A DNA stretch of 32,000 bases from Ktedonobacterales bacterium. Lineage in GTDB: Bacteria > Chloroflexota > Ktedonobacteria > Ktedonobacterales > JADMIN01. The stretch lies in assembly GCA_030167145.1 (NCBI GenBank), contig CP126532.1, positions 2,880,001 through 2,912,000 on the forward strand, read 5' to 3'. A program made the translations under genes and the position numbers. A model generated the notes under the pieces. That model saw only the letters and a program-made list of their open reading frames with translations, did no database searches and was not told the DNA's origin. Below are positions 16,061 through 24,640 of the stretch, one piece after another (position 1 is the stretch's first letter; the number at the start of each line of letters is the position of its first letter).

Positions 16061-17518
16061 ATGAGCGACGAAACCAGCAATGCGAGCGGCTTCGACTTTG
16101 GCGAGATCACCGGCAGCGTGGGCGAGTCGCCAGGGGTTGGTGGACTGGGGCCTGGGTTTGAGGGCGGCGGGACAGCGGTTCCGGCGGTCCCGCTGGCGGG
16201 CGAGCATCCGGCTGGTGTGGCGGAGCAGGCGCATGTCTCGTTTCGCACGGCGGCGCTGTATTCCAGCGGCAACTTCAGCGCGGGCATGTGGTACGCGCTC
16301 AACAATTTCATTCTGCCGCTGTTTCTTGGCCCGCTGAAGATGGCGCCGATCTTGATTGGCCTGCTCTCCAGCACCCGCTCAGCCGAAGGCGCGGTGTTGC
16401 AGCCGATTATCGGCGCGTGGAGCGACCGCCTCTGGACGCCGCGCTTCGGTCGCCGCCGCATCTTCATCGTGCGATTCGTCCCGATCTGCGCCTTCTTCGT
16501 GATTCTCACGCCGTTCGTTCCGGCACTGTCGAGCAGCGGTCCACTGGCCGCCCTGCAGCGTGCGCTTGGTATGGATCACACCTTCTTCGTGCTGGCGCTG
16601 GTGGCGCTCGCAATCTTCCTCTTCACGCTGACGTTTAACATCATGTACGACCCGTATCAGGCGCTGCTGGCGGACATCACGCCGGAAGCCCGGCGCGGGT
16701 GGGTCAACGGCATCTTTCAGATGTTCGGCGCGGGCGGGCAATCCTTCATTCTGGTCGTCGGCGCGGCGAGCTTGCTGGATGTCAACGGGTTGTTCGTCTT
16801 CTGCGGGATCGCGCTGGTGCTCTGCTTTATTCCTACGGTGCTAGGGGTGCGCGAGCCGCGTGTGCTGCCAGGGGCGAAGGCGTCGCACCGCTACACCGTG
16901 CGCGATTATTGGAACGGCATTCGGGCTGATCCGCAGATTCAATTGTACTTTGCCAACCAGGCGTTTCTGTGGTTTGGCATCAATGCGATCACGCCATTCC
17001 TGACACTCTTCGCCGAGAAAGAGGCGCACTTTTCCGCAGCGGCGGCGCTGTCGCTCAGCTTCATCTTGTTGCTCAGCAGCGCGGTATTCGTCTGGCCGTT
17101 CGGCTTCCTGGGCGACCGCATCGGCCTCAAGCAGGTGTTCATCCTGGGGATGATCTGCATGGCGGGCGCGGCCATCGCGGGGACAATCACGCATGCGATC
17201 ACGCCGCTGTATATCATCGTGTTCGTGGCGGGCATCGGCAACGCGGCGCAGACGGCCAGCTCGTTCCCGCTGATGACGCGGCTCGTGCCAGCGGACCAGA
17301 TGGGCCTCTATACGGGCATCGAAAGCACTGTCACTTCTGTCGCCGCGCCAGTTTCAGCGTTCATCGCTGGTTTGTTCATCCAAACGATGGGCTACTCGGC
17401 GATGTTTCCGTTCGTGGCAGTGATGTTCCTGGCGTCACTGGTGCCGCTGGGGCTGCTGCGGGTCGAGAAGTCGCGCGTGCAGCAGGCGTTGCGCGCCGCG
17501 CATGGCCAGACGGCGTGA
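16061..17518 (+). CDS. MFS transporter (SLC45/GPH-like)
   Basis: About 12 hydrophobic spans and a loop 2-3 motif SDRLWTPRFGRRRIFI (D-x-x-x-x-x-GRRR). GGAG lies 9 nt upstream of the ATG. Confidence 0.85.
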   Translation: MSDETSNASGFDFGEITGSVGESPGVGGLGPGFEGGGTAVPAVPLAGEHPAGVAEQAHVSFRTAALYSSGNFSAGMWYALNNFILPLFLGPLKMAPILIGLLSSTRSAEGAVLQPIIGAWSDRLWTPRFGRRRIFIVRFVPICAFFVILTPFVPALSSSGPLAALQRALGMDHTFFVLALVALAIFLFTLTFNIMYDPYQALLADITPEARRGWVNGIFQMFGAGGQSFILVVGAASLLDVNGLFVFCGIALVLCFIPTVLGVREPRVLPGAKASHRYTVRDYWNGIRADPQIQLYFANQAFLWFGINAITPFLTLFAEKEAHFSAAAALSLSFILLLSSAVFVWPFGFLGDRIGLKQVFILGMICMAGAAIAGTITHAITPLYIIVFVAGIGNAAQTASSFPLMTRLVPADQMGLYTGIESTVTSVAAPVSAFIAGLFIQTMGYSAMFPFVAVMFLASLVPLGLLRVEKSRVQQALRAAHGQTA

Positions 17519-17570
17519 CCATGCCAGAGTTGGGCGCATTCGCTCGGTGGTTGGTGTCATGATCGCGCGA

Positions 17571-18410
17571 TTAGCGCGGGCCGACAAGGGTGTGGCGGAT
17601 GAGCATGAGGCGGGTGAGTGGACCGAGGCCGCCAGGAACGGGGGTGAGCGCGCCCGCAACCTCGCGCACGCCGTCTTCGGCCACATCGCCAACCATGCGG
17701 CCGTCTACCGCGTTCATGCCAGCGTCGAGCACAACTGCGCCCGGCTTGACCATGTCGGCGGTGACATAGGCGGGGCGTCCGACGCTGGTGAAAAGGATGT
17801 CGGCCTGGCGAGTGACACTGGCGAGGTCTATAGTGCGCGAGTGGCAGAATGTGACGGTGGCGTTCTCGCGCAGAAAGAGCAGCCCCGCTGGCTTGCCGCC
17901 GACGTTGCTGCGGCCAATGATGACGACGTTCTGCCCCTGGATGGGTATCTGCGCGGCGTGGAGCAGTTCTAGCGCGGCATCGGCGGTGCTGGGCACGTAG
18001 CTAGGAAAACCAAGCATCAGCCGTCCGGCGTTGCGTGGGCCGAGACCGTCTACGTCTTTCTCCGGCGCAAGCACTTCGGTGACGACGCGCTGACGGATAT
18101 GGCCAGGCAGCGGCAGCAGCAGCACGACGCCGTCCACATCGCCACGCGCCCCCAGCACGGCCAGCTCAGTGCGCAGCACGGTTTCGGCGATATCGGCTGG
18201 GTAGCGGCGCAACGCACAGCCCAGGCCGATGCGCTCGCAGGATTGCGCCACCTGCGCGGCGTAGAGCGTGGCGGTGGGGTCGTCGCCGGAGGCGATCAGT
18301 GTCAGGTGGGCGCGACGTCCACGCTCGTGAGCGATGCGCGCCGCTTCGGCGGTGAGCGTGGCGCGCAGGGCGGCGGCCAGTTCGCGGCCATCCAGCATTG
18401 TCGCGCTCAT
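17571..18410 (-). CDS. folD: bifunctional methylenetetrahydrofolate dehydrogenase / methenyltetrahydrofolate cyclohydrolase
   Basis: MLDGRELA start, EKDVDGL, IIGRSNVGGKP, CHSRT and TPVPGGLGPLT motifs. The GGAG is 7 nt from ATG 18410 but only 1 nt from ATG 18416. Confidence 0.9.
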   Translation of the reverse strand: MSATMLDGRELAAALRATLTAEAARIAHERGRRAHLTLIASGDDPTATLYAAQVAQSCERIGLGCALRRYPADIAETVLRTELAVLGARGDVDGVVLLLPLPGHIRQRVVTEVLAPEKDVDGLGPRNAGRLMLGFPSYVPSTADAALELLHAAQIPIQGQNVVIIGRSNVGGKPAGLLFLRENATVTFCHSRTIDLASVTRQADILFTSVGRPAYVTADMVKPGAVVLDAGMNAVDGRMVGDVAEDGVREVAGALTPVPGGLGPLTRLMLIRHTLVGPR

Positions 18411-18723
18411 AGGCATGCTCCTACTTTTTCGACTCCACGTGCGTTTGTTCTGTGCTCAACGCCGTCACATAAGGATGGTATGGTTCATCATCCCAGGAAT
18501 GCGGCCACCGCGTCAAGGAAACGCTGACTCTCGCGCAGCAGAAAGAACATATAGCCATGGCACAGGCGCACAGAACAGCGAATGCGCCAGGGTAAAAAGG
18601 GTGCAAAGGCGCAAAAAGGTCCATATGCCGCATATCGAACTGGCCCTGGACGGGATGGCCGCGCTGGCCTATAGTTCGGAGCGTTGAGGGCGTGGCGTCG
18701 CGGTGACCAGAGGAGGCGCGTGG

Positions 18724-19521
18724 GTGATCCGGCTGATTTTGATTGACGTGGATGGCACGCTGGTGGGTAGGAATGGTGTGCATCCAGCCACCTGGGAGGC
18801 CTTAGAGCAGGCGCGTCAACGGGGCGTGCATCTTGGACTCTGCACGGGTCGCCCTGGATGTGGGCGCGCCCTCGCACACGCGCGCCGGGTGGCTCCCGCT
18901 GGCTTGCACATCTTCCATGGTGGTGCGGTGGTGTCGCTCCCTGGCCAGCCCGCCGCCTATTGCAGCATGCTGCCCCGCGACGCCTTTCATGCGCTGGTGG
19001 CCGTCTCGCGGCGCGAAGGACAGCCCCTGGAAGCCTACACCGAACGCGGCTACTTTCTCGAATGGGAGACGGCGCTGATCCGTGTTCACGCGCGGCATCT
19101 GGAGATGGAGCCGGAGGTCTGTGATCTGCTCGAAATCGCGACGCCCGTGGTGCGCGCGCAGTGGGTGGTTGACGAACAGGACTGGCCGCACTTTCGCGCG
19201 CTCACCGCGCTGGCGGGGGAGATTGAGATACAGCCCGCCACCGCGCCATGGTCGCCGGGGACGGTCTTCGCGAATTTGACGCGCGTGGGGGCGTCGAAGT
19301 CGAGCGCGCTGCGCTGGCTCGCGGGGCATTACGGGCTGGAGGTGAGTGAGGTGGCGATGATTGGCGATGCCGAGAACGACCTGGATGCGATGGAGGCTGC
19401 CGGATTGGGCATTGCGATGGGCAACGCCTCCGCAGCGGTGAAAGAGCGGGCGCGGCTGGTGGTGGGCGACGTGGACGCAGGTGGACTGGCCGAGGCGATT
19501 GGCCGTGCGCTGGCATGGTGA
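18724..19521 (+). CDS. Cof-type HAD-IIB family hydrolase
   Basis: AGAGGAGG lies 7 nt upstream of GTG 18724. Motif I is LIDVDGTL and motif IV is GDAENDLDAMEAAGLGIAMGNA. Confidence 0.85.
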   Translation: MIRLILIDVDGTLVGRNGVHPATWEALEQARQRGVHLGLCTGRPGCGRALAHARRVAPAGLHIFHGGAVVSLPGQPAAYCSMLPRDAFHALVAVSRREGQPLEAYTERGYFLEWETALIRVHARHLEMEPEVCDLLEIATPVVRAQWVVDEQDWPHFRALTALAGEIEIQPATAPWSPGTVFANLTRVGASKSSALRWLAGHYGLEVSEVAMIGDAENDLDAMEAAGLGIAMGNASAAVKERARLVVGDVDAGGLAEAIGRALAW

Positions 19522-19682
19522 ACGGCATGGCGCGGGTAGGATGGGGCCAGAGAGTCCGGTCGTGGGTGCGCGCGGGCGGGAGCGATGATATACTACGGCG
19601 TATCCATATGGTGAAAGGCCGCGCGGAAGATAGTGGCGGCAGAGAGCAAGTAGATTTTTCAGTATGACGGAGGAATCAGGCC

Positions 19683-20942
19683 ATGGTAGTCTGTTCTCAC
19701 TGCGGACGGGAAGCGCGCGACGATAATCGCTTCTGCCAGTTCTGCGGCGAGCTACTCGATAGCACGCGCTCGAACGGATATGTCGCGCCTGAGCCAGCGT
19801 TCTCCACGTCCCCACCCGCTGCGCCGCCGGACAGCGGCGAGACCAACGAAATGCCCGCCATCAACGCAGCCGTTGTGCCGCCGGTGGCGGTGGCGACCGT
19901 CAGCGGCCCCGCGTCGCAGGCGCAGGCGCTGAGCCGGTTGTTGGTGCGCAAGGCATCGAGCGAAGGCGGCGAGGAGCGCGAGTACATCCTCGCGCACAAT
20001 GACATCGCCATCGGGCGCTCGCCGTCGTGCGATATCGTGCTCGAAGGTGACGAACTGGCGTCGCGTCGCCATGCGCTGATTCGTGTCAAGAATGGCGGCT
20101 ACACCGTCGTTGACCTGGGTAGCATCAACGGCACATATGTGAATGGCTACGAGATTCGTGAGGAGAAGCCGCTGAAAGAGGGCGACCGCATCGCGGTGGG
20201 CAGCCACGAGATTACCTTTGCCGTCGGCGCGGCGGGGCCGAATGCTTCGGTCGCGGGCGAGCGGCTCAGTGGCTCGTATCCGGCGGTGGCGGCCAGCGTG
20301 GCGAACGGCGCGGATGCCATTGACCAGGACGATAGCAGTGAAACTGCAGAGATTCCGGCGGTGCATCCTCCGGTGCGCCTGACGAGCGGCCCCATCGTCG
20401 CTGTCGGTGCGGCGGCGGAGGCGGGCGAGACGGAACAGCCCAGCGACGTGGCGGAGGCGCAGGCCGACGATGGCGCGGGCGATGGCACGGTGACTGATAT
20501 GCCATCGGCTGCGGCGTCCGCAGTGGCGCGTGCGGAGAAGGAGACGGCGCCGCTGAGCGCCGCCAGCGCCGAAGAACTGGAGGCGCTGAGCACGCAAATC
20601 TCGAATATCGCCGGTGTGCTGGCGCGCAAGGCCGACGAGGAGGCGCGCATCGCGACGCGCTATCGTGAGGCGCTGGTCGAACTGCGCGCGCAGGTGGAGC
20701 GGTTGATACGCCGCCAGGAAGAAGATGCAGCCGCGCCCGACGCGCCAGCGGCGCAGAACACCGAACTGGCCGAGATTGCGCGGCAGGCGGCGGAGAATCC
20801 ACGCCACCTGGATTACCTGACCAGCCTGGCGACGCACGGCCAGGAGATCGCCGCAGCGCTGGAGGCGCCCGCGCAGCCCGCTGGTGTGCCGGTGGATGAC
20901 CTGCGCGAGTTGCTAGAGCGTATCGCCGACGTACTGGGCTAG
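19683..20942 (+). CDS. zinc-ribbon + FHA domain protein with acidic/coiled-coil C-terminus
   Basis: N-terminal CSHCG...CQFCG zinc ribbon. FHA signature is IGRSPSCDIVL...SRRHALI...DLGSINGTYVNG. The C-terminal half is Ala/Glu-rich. Confidence 0.85.
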   Translation: MVVCSHCGREARDDNRFCQFCGELLDSTRSNGYVAPEPAFSTSPPAAPPDSGETNEMPAINAAVVPPVAVATVSGPASQAQALSRLLVRKASSEGGEEREYILAHNDIAIGRSPSCDIVLEGDELASRRHALIRVKNGGYTVVDLGSINGTYVNGYEIREEKPLKEGDRIAVGSHEITFAVGAAGPNASVAGERLSGSYPAVAASVANGADAIDQDDSSETAEIPAVHPPVRLTSGPIVAVGAAAEAGETEQPSDVAEAQADDGAGDGTVTDMPSAAASAVARAEKETAPLSAASAEELEALSTQISNIAGVLARKADEEARIATRYREALVELRAQVERLIRRQEEDAAAPDAPAAQNTELAEIARQAAENPRHLDYLTSLATHGQEIAAALEAPAQPAGVPVDDLRELLERIADVLG

Positions 20943-20959
20943 AGCAGGCGAAGGATCTC

Positions 20960-22384
20960 ATGGCAGAGCAACGCGACTTCGACGTGATCGTGATCGGCGC
21001 GGGGCTGGGCGGCTTGCTGTCAGCGGCGCAATTTCTGCGCCGGGGGCAGCGCGTGGTGGTGGTGGAACGGCTGGCGCATCCGGGCGGGCGCTTCACGGCG
21101 AAGACATTTCAGGGAGCGCAGGTCAGCACGGGCGCGGTGCATATGCTGCCCTTCGGCACCAATGGCGAACTGGCGGGGATGCTGCGTGCGCTGGGCATGC
21201 CGCACCGGATTCATGATTCCGAGGTGTTCGCGTCGTTTCATGTGCGCGGCAAGCAGTATGTCTGCCAGTCGCTGGCGCAGTTGCTGGGGGTGCTGGGTCC
21301 GCGCCAGTTCGGGGAACTGGTGCGGCTGGGTGGGCCGATCTTCCTGGGCAAGCCAACGCCGGAAGAGCGGACGATGTCCTTCGCGGCGTGGCTGGAGCGG
21401 CGCATGTCGCGGGCGCGCTCGCCGGAACTCTACGCCTACTTCGAGCGACTGGCGCATTTCGCGTTGAGCGTGGATCTGACCGACATCACCTATCCAGAGG
21501 TCTGCGAGATCACCAAGAATATGCTGCGCTACGGGCCGCCGGGGATCGTGGATGGCGGCTGCGCGGCGCTGACGGGGGAACTGGAGCGGCGCGTGACCGA
21601 GGGCGGTGGCGAGCTGCGGCTGCTGCATGACGTGCTGGCTATCGAGCACGACGGCGCGGCGGTGCGCGGGGTGCGCGTGCGCGACAAGCAATCGGGTGAC
21701 GAGACGTTGCTCTGCGCGCCGCTGGTGATCAGTAACATTGGCCCGCAGATGACCAAGACGCTGACCGGGATGAGCGCGCCTGCGGATGCGCCCACGGTGG
21801 CGATATCGGATGGTGGGGTGGGACACAGGCGCCACGAGGCGAGCGGGCTGAAGGTGCATTTGCTGAGCGATGTTTCGATTATTCCGCACAAGGGCATCAT
21901 GTATTGCCTGGATACCGAGCGCATCGCGGGGATCGTGCAGCCGAGCAACAGCGACCGCAGGCTGGCGCCGCCAGGGAAGCACTTGCTGATTACGCACCAG
22001 ATTCTGCGTAGCGACGATATGAACGCCGAACGCGAGGCGGCGCGGGCGGACCTGCGGCGGCTCTTCGGCGAGGCGTTCGGCACGAAGATTCGGATTTTGA
22101 CGATGAGCCAGTATCGCGGCGAGTGGCCGGTGAACCGCGTCGCGCAGGGCGAGGATGTGACACCTGGCACCGATCTGGCAGGGCTGTATCTGGTGGGCGA
22201 CGCGGTGAAGCCGTCGGGTTATCTGATGGTGGAGGGGGTGGCGCAGAGCGTCAACTCGCTGCTGGACCTGCTCGACGGCCCGCAGGCTGGCTCCGCGCGC
22301 CCGGCGCATACGCCGCGCAAGCCGCCCCGCGCCCGCGCGCTTCACTGGCTGGTGCGCCCGCCCACGCCGCACGCGGGGGCGTGA
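20960..22384 (+). CDS. FAD-dependent oxidoreductase (phytoene desaturase/amine oxidase-like)
   Basis: N-terminal Rossmann motif DVIVIGAGLGGLLSAAQF...VVVVERLAHPGGR and C-terminal LYLVGDAV. Starts 17 nt after the FHA gene. Confidence 0.85.
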   Translation: MAEQRDFDVIVIGAGLGGLLSAAQFLRRGQRVVVVERLAHPGGRFTAKTFQGAQVSTGAVHMLPFGTNGELAGMLRALGMPHRIHDSEVFASFHVRGKQYVCQSLAQLLGVLGPRQFGELVRLGGPIFLGKPTPEERTMSFAAWLERRMSRARSPELYAYFERLAHFALSVDLTDITYPEVCEITKNMLRYGPPGIVDGGCAALTGELERRVTEGGGELRLLHDVLAIEHDGAAVRGVRVRDKQSGDETLLCAPLVISNIGPQMTKTLTGMSAPADAPTVAISDGGVGHRRHEASGLKVHLLSDVSIIPHKGIMYCLDTERIAGIVQPSNSDRRLAPPGKHLLITHQILRSDDMNAEREAARADLRRLFGEAFGTKIRILTMSQYRGEWPVNRVAQGEDVTPGTDLAGLYLVGDAVKPSGYLMVEGVAQSVNSLLDLLDGPQAGSARPAHTPRKPPRARALHWLVRPPTPHAGA

Positions 22385-22458
22385 GAAACTGAGGCAAAAC
22401 AAGGGCCAGCCAACTGGCTGACCCCTGGGATAGTTGTGATGCACGATCCACTACGAAA

Positions 22459-22668
22459 TCAGCATGGAAGGGGAACGCCGCTGCAATTGGAAGTTGGCGG
22501 GTGAATCATCGCCACCGGCGCGGCGCTGTGCTGGCTGGCGTAGCCTGCATGTGCCACAGCGGACGGCAGGAATTGCCCGGCGGCCAGCAGCGCCGCGAAG
22601 ATGCCGGCGAGCATCATACCCTTTGCCCAACGAGTCGCATGGCGAGGAAGCGCGTGAAATAACCGCAT
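22459..22668 (-). CDS. small secreted peptide precursor (69 aa) ending in Cys-x6-Cys-stop; family member A
   Basis: AGGAGG lies 7 nt upstream of ATG 22668. Basic N-region, hydrophobic core MMLAGIFAALLAAGQFL, P-SAVAHA, and tail GYASQHSAAPVAMIHPPTSNCSGVPLPC*. I verified the translation codon by codon at the 3' end. Confidence 0.6.
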   Translation of the reverse strand: MRLFHALPRHATRWAKGMMLAGIFAALLAAGQFLPSAVAHAGYASQHSAAPVAMIHPPTSNCSGVPLPC

Positions 22669-22743
22669 GTGTTCGCCTCCTGTCGGCGTGAACTGAACCG
22701 ATGATGAGATATCCGAACAGTCAGGGGTATCAAGCTGACTCGA

Positions 22744-22772
22744 AGGATAGCAAACGATAATACAAAAGTCAA
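22744..22772 (-). promoter_or_regulatory. candidate sigma-70 promoter TTGACT-17-TATCCT for peptide A
   Basis: On the minus strand, TTGACT (22772-22767), a 17-nt spacer, then TATCCT (22749-22744), about 75 nt upstream of ATG 22668 in an AT-rich spacer. Confidence 0.4.
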
Positions 22773-22817
22773 GAGAACTGTTTCAAGATAGCAGAAAGAT
22801 AGGGTCATTTGCTGACG

Positions 22818-22833
22818 GCAATGTGCAAATTGC
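22818..22833. promoter_or_regulatory. 16-bp imperfect palindrome GCAATGTGCAAATTGC (candidate operator, box 1)
   Basis: 14 of 16 positions are symmetric. It overlaps a second inverted repeat, CATTTGC-TGACG-GCAATG (22806-22823). It lies about 45 nt upstream of the peptide A -35 element and 20 nt after the TPR stop. 13 of 16 positions are identical to box 2 at 24625-24640. Confidence 0.35.
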
Positions 22834-22853
22834 TGCAATTCTGCGCTGTATAC

Positions 22854-24074
22854 CTAAAGAAAGAGTTCTTGAAGAAGCCAAAGCCGATGTCTTGGCCGTC
22901 GCGCAAGAACAATCAAATCGCTATCGAAAGCCGACTGCGCTGCATATGCCAGATTTAACTTGGCCAAGTCAACCTGTCCACGAAGCTCGTACTCTATACC
23001 CAAGGAGGTATAGGCTTGAGTAATAATTGCCGTATCCTTGTGAACTTCTGCCCAGTAGATTACATTGACAATGGCGTCAAAACGCTGCCTTTCGGGACGT
23101 AGTAGTTGACTACCTCTAATGGCCGAAAGCTGTGCGAGATAGACACCAGGTTCATCTTTCGCGGAGTTGGCGAGCTCAATCGCTTTCCGTTGATAGTTAA
23201 GAGCGCGCTCAATTCTGCGCTCGCGTTCGGAACCCAATGGCAGTTGCTCACCTAAGCTAAGAATTGCCTCAACAGCAGTAGTCTGTGCGCGATTGGCGAA
23301 AAGAGAGGATTCCAAAGACGCAAAAGTAAGCGCAGCTTGAGTGGCATAATCGTCTGCCTCCTGGTAGTGGCCAGAATAGAGGAGTAGAAGCGCCAGATAC
23401 CATTTGACGCGAGTACTCGCCTCCAAGGGATTTGAGATAAACGATGTCAGCGTGCTAGCTTCTATCAGATGTTTACGTGCTGATTCCGCAAGATCCAAGT
23501 AGATTTCCGCCCCACTGGCATGAACGAGGAGTTGAAATTTGAAATCAGGTTTGACAAAGCCCGACAAGTCGAATGCATGAAGGCCATCTTGAAAGTCCTG
23601 AACCGCATGCCGTAGCCGTAAATCCGCTCGATAGACCAGTCCTCGCTGTTCATACAATCGCGCTAAGATTTCTTGCTCGCCTGGCATGTGTCTAGCAGCC
23701 TCAATTGCTGTGTTGAGCACAGGGAGTGCATCCAAATAGTGCCGACGCAAAACCTGAGCAGAAGAGTAGATCAATGCAAATCGAATGAATTGTCGACGAG
23801 ACGAGATTCTTTGCCGCCCATTCGAGTTTGGAGGCTCTACATAGGCTCTGATGAGCTGAACTACATGCCGTAGCTTTGCCTTGCTCGAAACCCCTGTATA
23901 TAGTGTGCTCTCTCGCAATAGATCGAAGCCGCGAGCGATGGTATCCTTCCTCTTTGGGACAAAGCCTGGCTCGGACATCCAATTGGGGTGATAATGCAAT
24001 TCAGCGGGATAGCGAATTGCCAAATTGGCAGAAATGCCGGATGAATCAAGAGGAGAACCGCTAGATGGAAACAT
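22854..24074 (-). CDS. TPR-like all-helical repeat protein (406 aa), unknown function
   Basis: AGGAGA lies 6 nt upstream of ATG 24074. Recurrent TPR-like helical pairs (ILARLYEQRGLVYRADLRLRHAVQDFQDGL; WYLALLLLYSGHYQEADDYATQAAL; AYTSLGIEYELRGQVDLAKLNLAYA). No Walker A motif and no obvious HTH. GC is much lower than the flanks. The longest ORF reaches 24191, which would lie upstream of the putative -10. Confidence 0.65.
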   Translation of the reverse strand: MFPSSGSPLDSSGISANLAIRYPAELHYHPNWMSEPGFVPKRKDTIARGFDLLRESTLYTGVSSKAKLRHVVQLIRAYVEPPNSNGRQRISSRRQFIRFALIYSSAQVLRRHYLDALPVLNTAIEAARHMPGEQEILARLYEQRGLVYRADLRLRHAVQDFQDGLHAFDLSGFVKPDFKFQLLVHASGAEIYLDLAESARKHLIEASTLTSFISNPLEASTRVKWYLALLLLYSGHYQEADDYATQAALTFASLESSLFANRAQTTAVEAILSLGEQLPLGSERERRIERALNYQRKAIELANSAKDEPGVYLAQLSAIRGSQLLRPERQRFDAIVNVIYWAEVHKDTAIITQAYTSLGIEYELRGQVDLAKLNLAYAAQSAFDSDLIVLARRPRHRLWLLQELFL

Positions 24075-24164
24075 ATTGGCTCTCCTGATGTCAGTCCACA
24101 AACCTTCATCACCCATAGGAATCGTGCATGACCAGTATACTACAAAAAGGAAAAGTGAATGCCG

Positions 24165-24170
24165 ATTATA
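24165..24170 (-). promoter_or_regulatory. perfect -10 hexamer TATAAT (minus strand) upstream of the TPR gene
   Basis: Plus-strand ATTATA at 24165-24170 reads TATAAT on the minus strand, about 90 nt upstream of ATG 24074. No convincing -35 element. Confidence 0.3.
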
Positions 24171-24252
24171 TGATATCATCAGCAGGGCCACAGATCACTG
24201 TATGTAAGCAGTTGACCCTGCCGACGGCCTCGTGTCTACGACGGCAAATTAA

Positions 24253-24510
24253 CTAACAAGTGGTAAGCAGTCCGCCACACTCGCCATCCCGGTGAATAGT
24301 GGCCATGGTGGCATGGGCAGGTGAAATCGCTGAGTGGCCGGCTGGCGCTGCGGCGCTGGCGGGGAGGAACTGCGCCACCGCGAGGAAGGCGGTGAACGCT
24401 GCTACGGAGACGGCCTGACGGACGACACGGGTGAACCACGGGGTGCGCGCTGGGTCACGTGGGGCTTGCCGTGGTGCGGGTGAGTTGGTTATGCTGTCGT
24501 TTGTGTTCAT
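24253..24510 (-). CDS. small secreted peptide precursor (85 aa from ATG 24510) ending in Cys-x6-Cys-stop; family member B
   Basis: Basic segment RTPWFTRVVRQ, hydrophobic core AVSVAAFTAFLAVAQFL, P-ASAAAPA, and tail GHSAISPAHATMATIHRDGECGGLLTTC*. Shares QFLP, the I-H dipeptide and the terminal C-x6-C with peptide A. The start is uncertain (ATG 24510, 24564 or 24606; only weak SDs). Confidence 0.5.
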   Translation of the reverse strand: MNTNDSITNSPAPRQAPRDPARTPWFTRVVRQAVSVAAFTAFLAVAQFLPASAAAPAGHSAISPAHATMATIHRDGECGGLLTTC

Positions 24511-24624
24511 TGTGGTGGGTGCTCCAGGCGTCGGACGACGCCGGCTGTGAACAAGTAGAGCCATTTTTGCCGCCCCAACAGGCGGCGAATCACGCGATGA
24601 ACTCATGCAAAAGTCTGGTCGCTC

Positions 24625-24640
24625 GCAAGCTGCAACTTGC
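24625..24640. promoter_or_regulatory. 16-bp imperfect palindrome GCAAGCTGCAACTTGC (candidate operator, box 2)
   Basis: 14 of 16 positions are symmetric, with the same GCAA-N-N-TGCA-N-N-TTGC design as box 1. It lies about 115 nt upstream of ATG 24510 of peptide B. Confidence 0.35.

Noticed and set aside
15842-16234. N-terminal 131-codon extension of the GlsB/YeaQ ORF
   Set aside because: The family is about 80-90 aa. A perfect AGGAGG sits before the internal ATG 15841, and the extension is Arg-rich and overlaps the divergent MFS promoter region.
21020-22444. 474-aa ORF on the minus strand exactly mirroring the 474-aa FAD oxidoreductase ORF
   Set aside because: Its composition is Arg/His/Pro/Gln-dominated with no motifs, typical of an antisense frame in GC-rich DNA. 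The plus frame carries the GxGxxG Rossmann motif and a sensible operon position.
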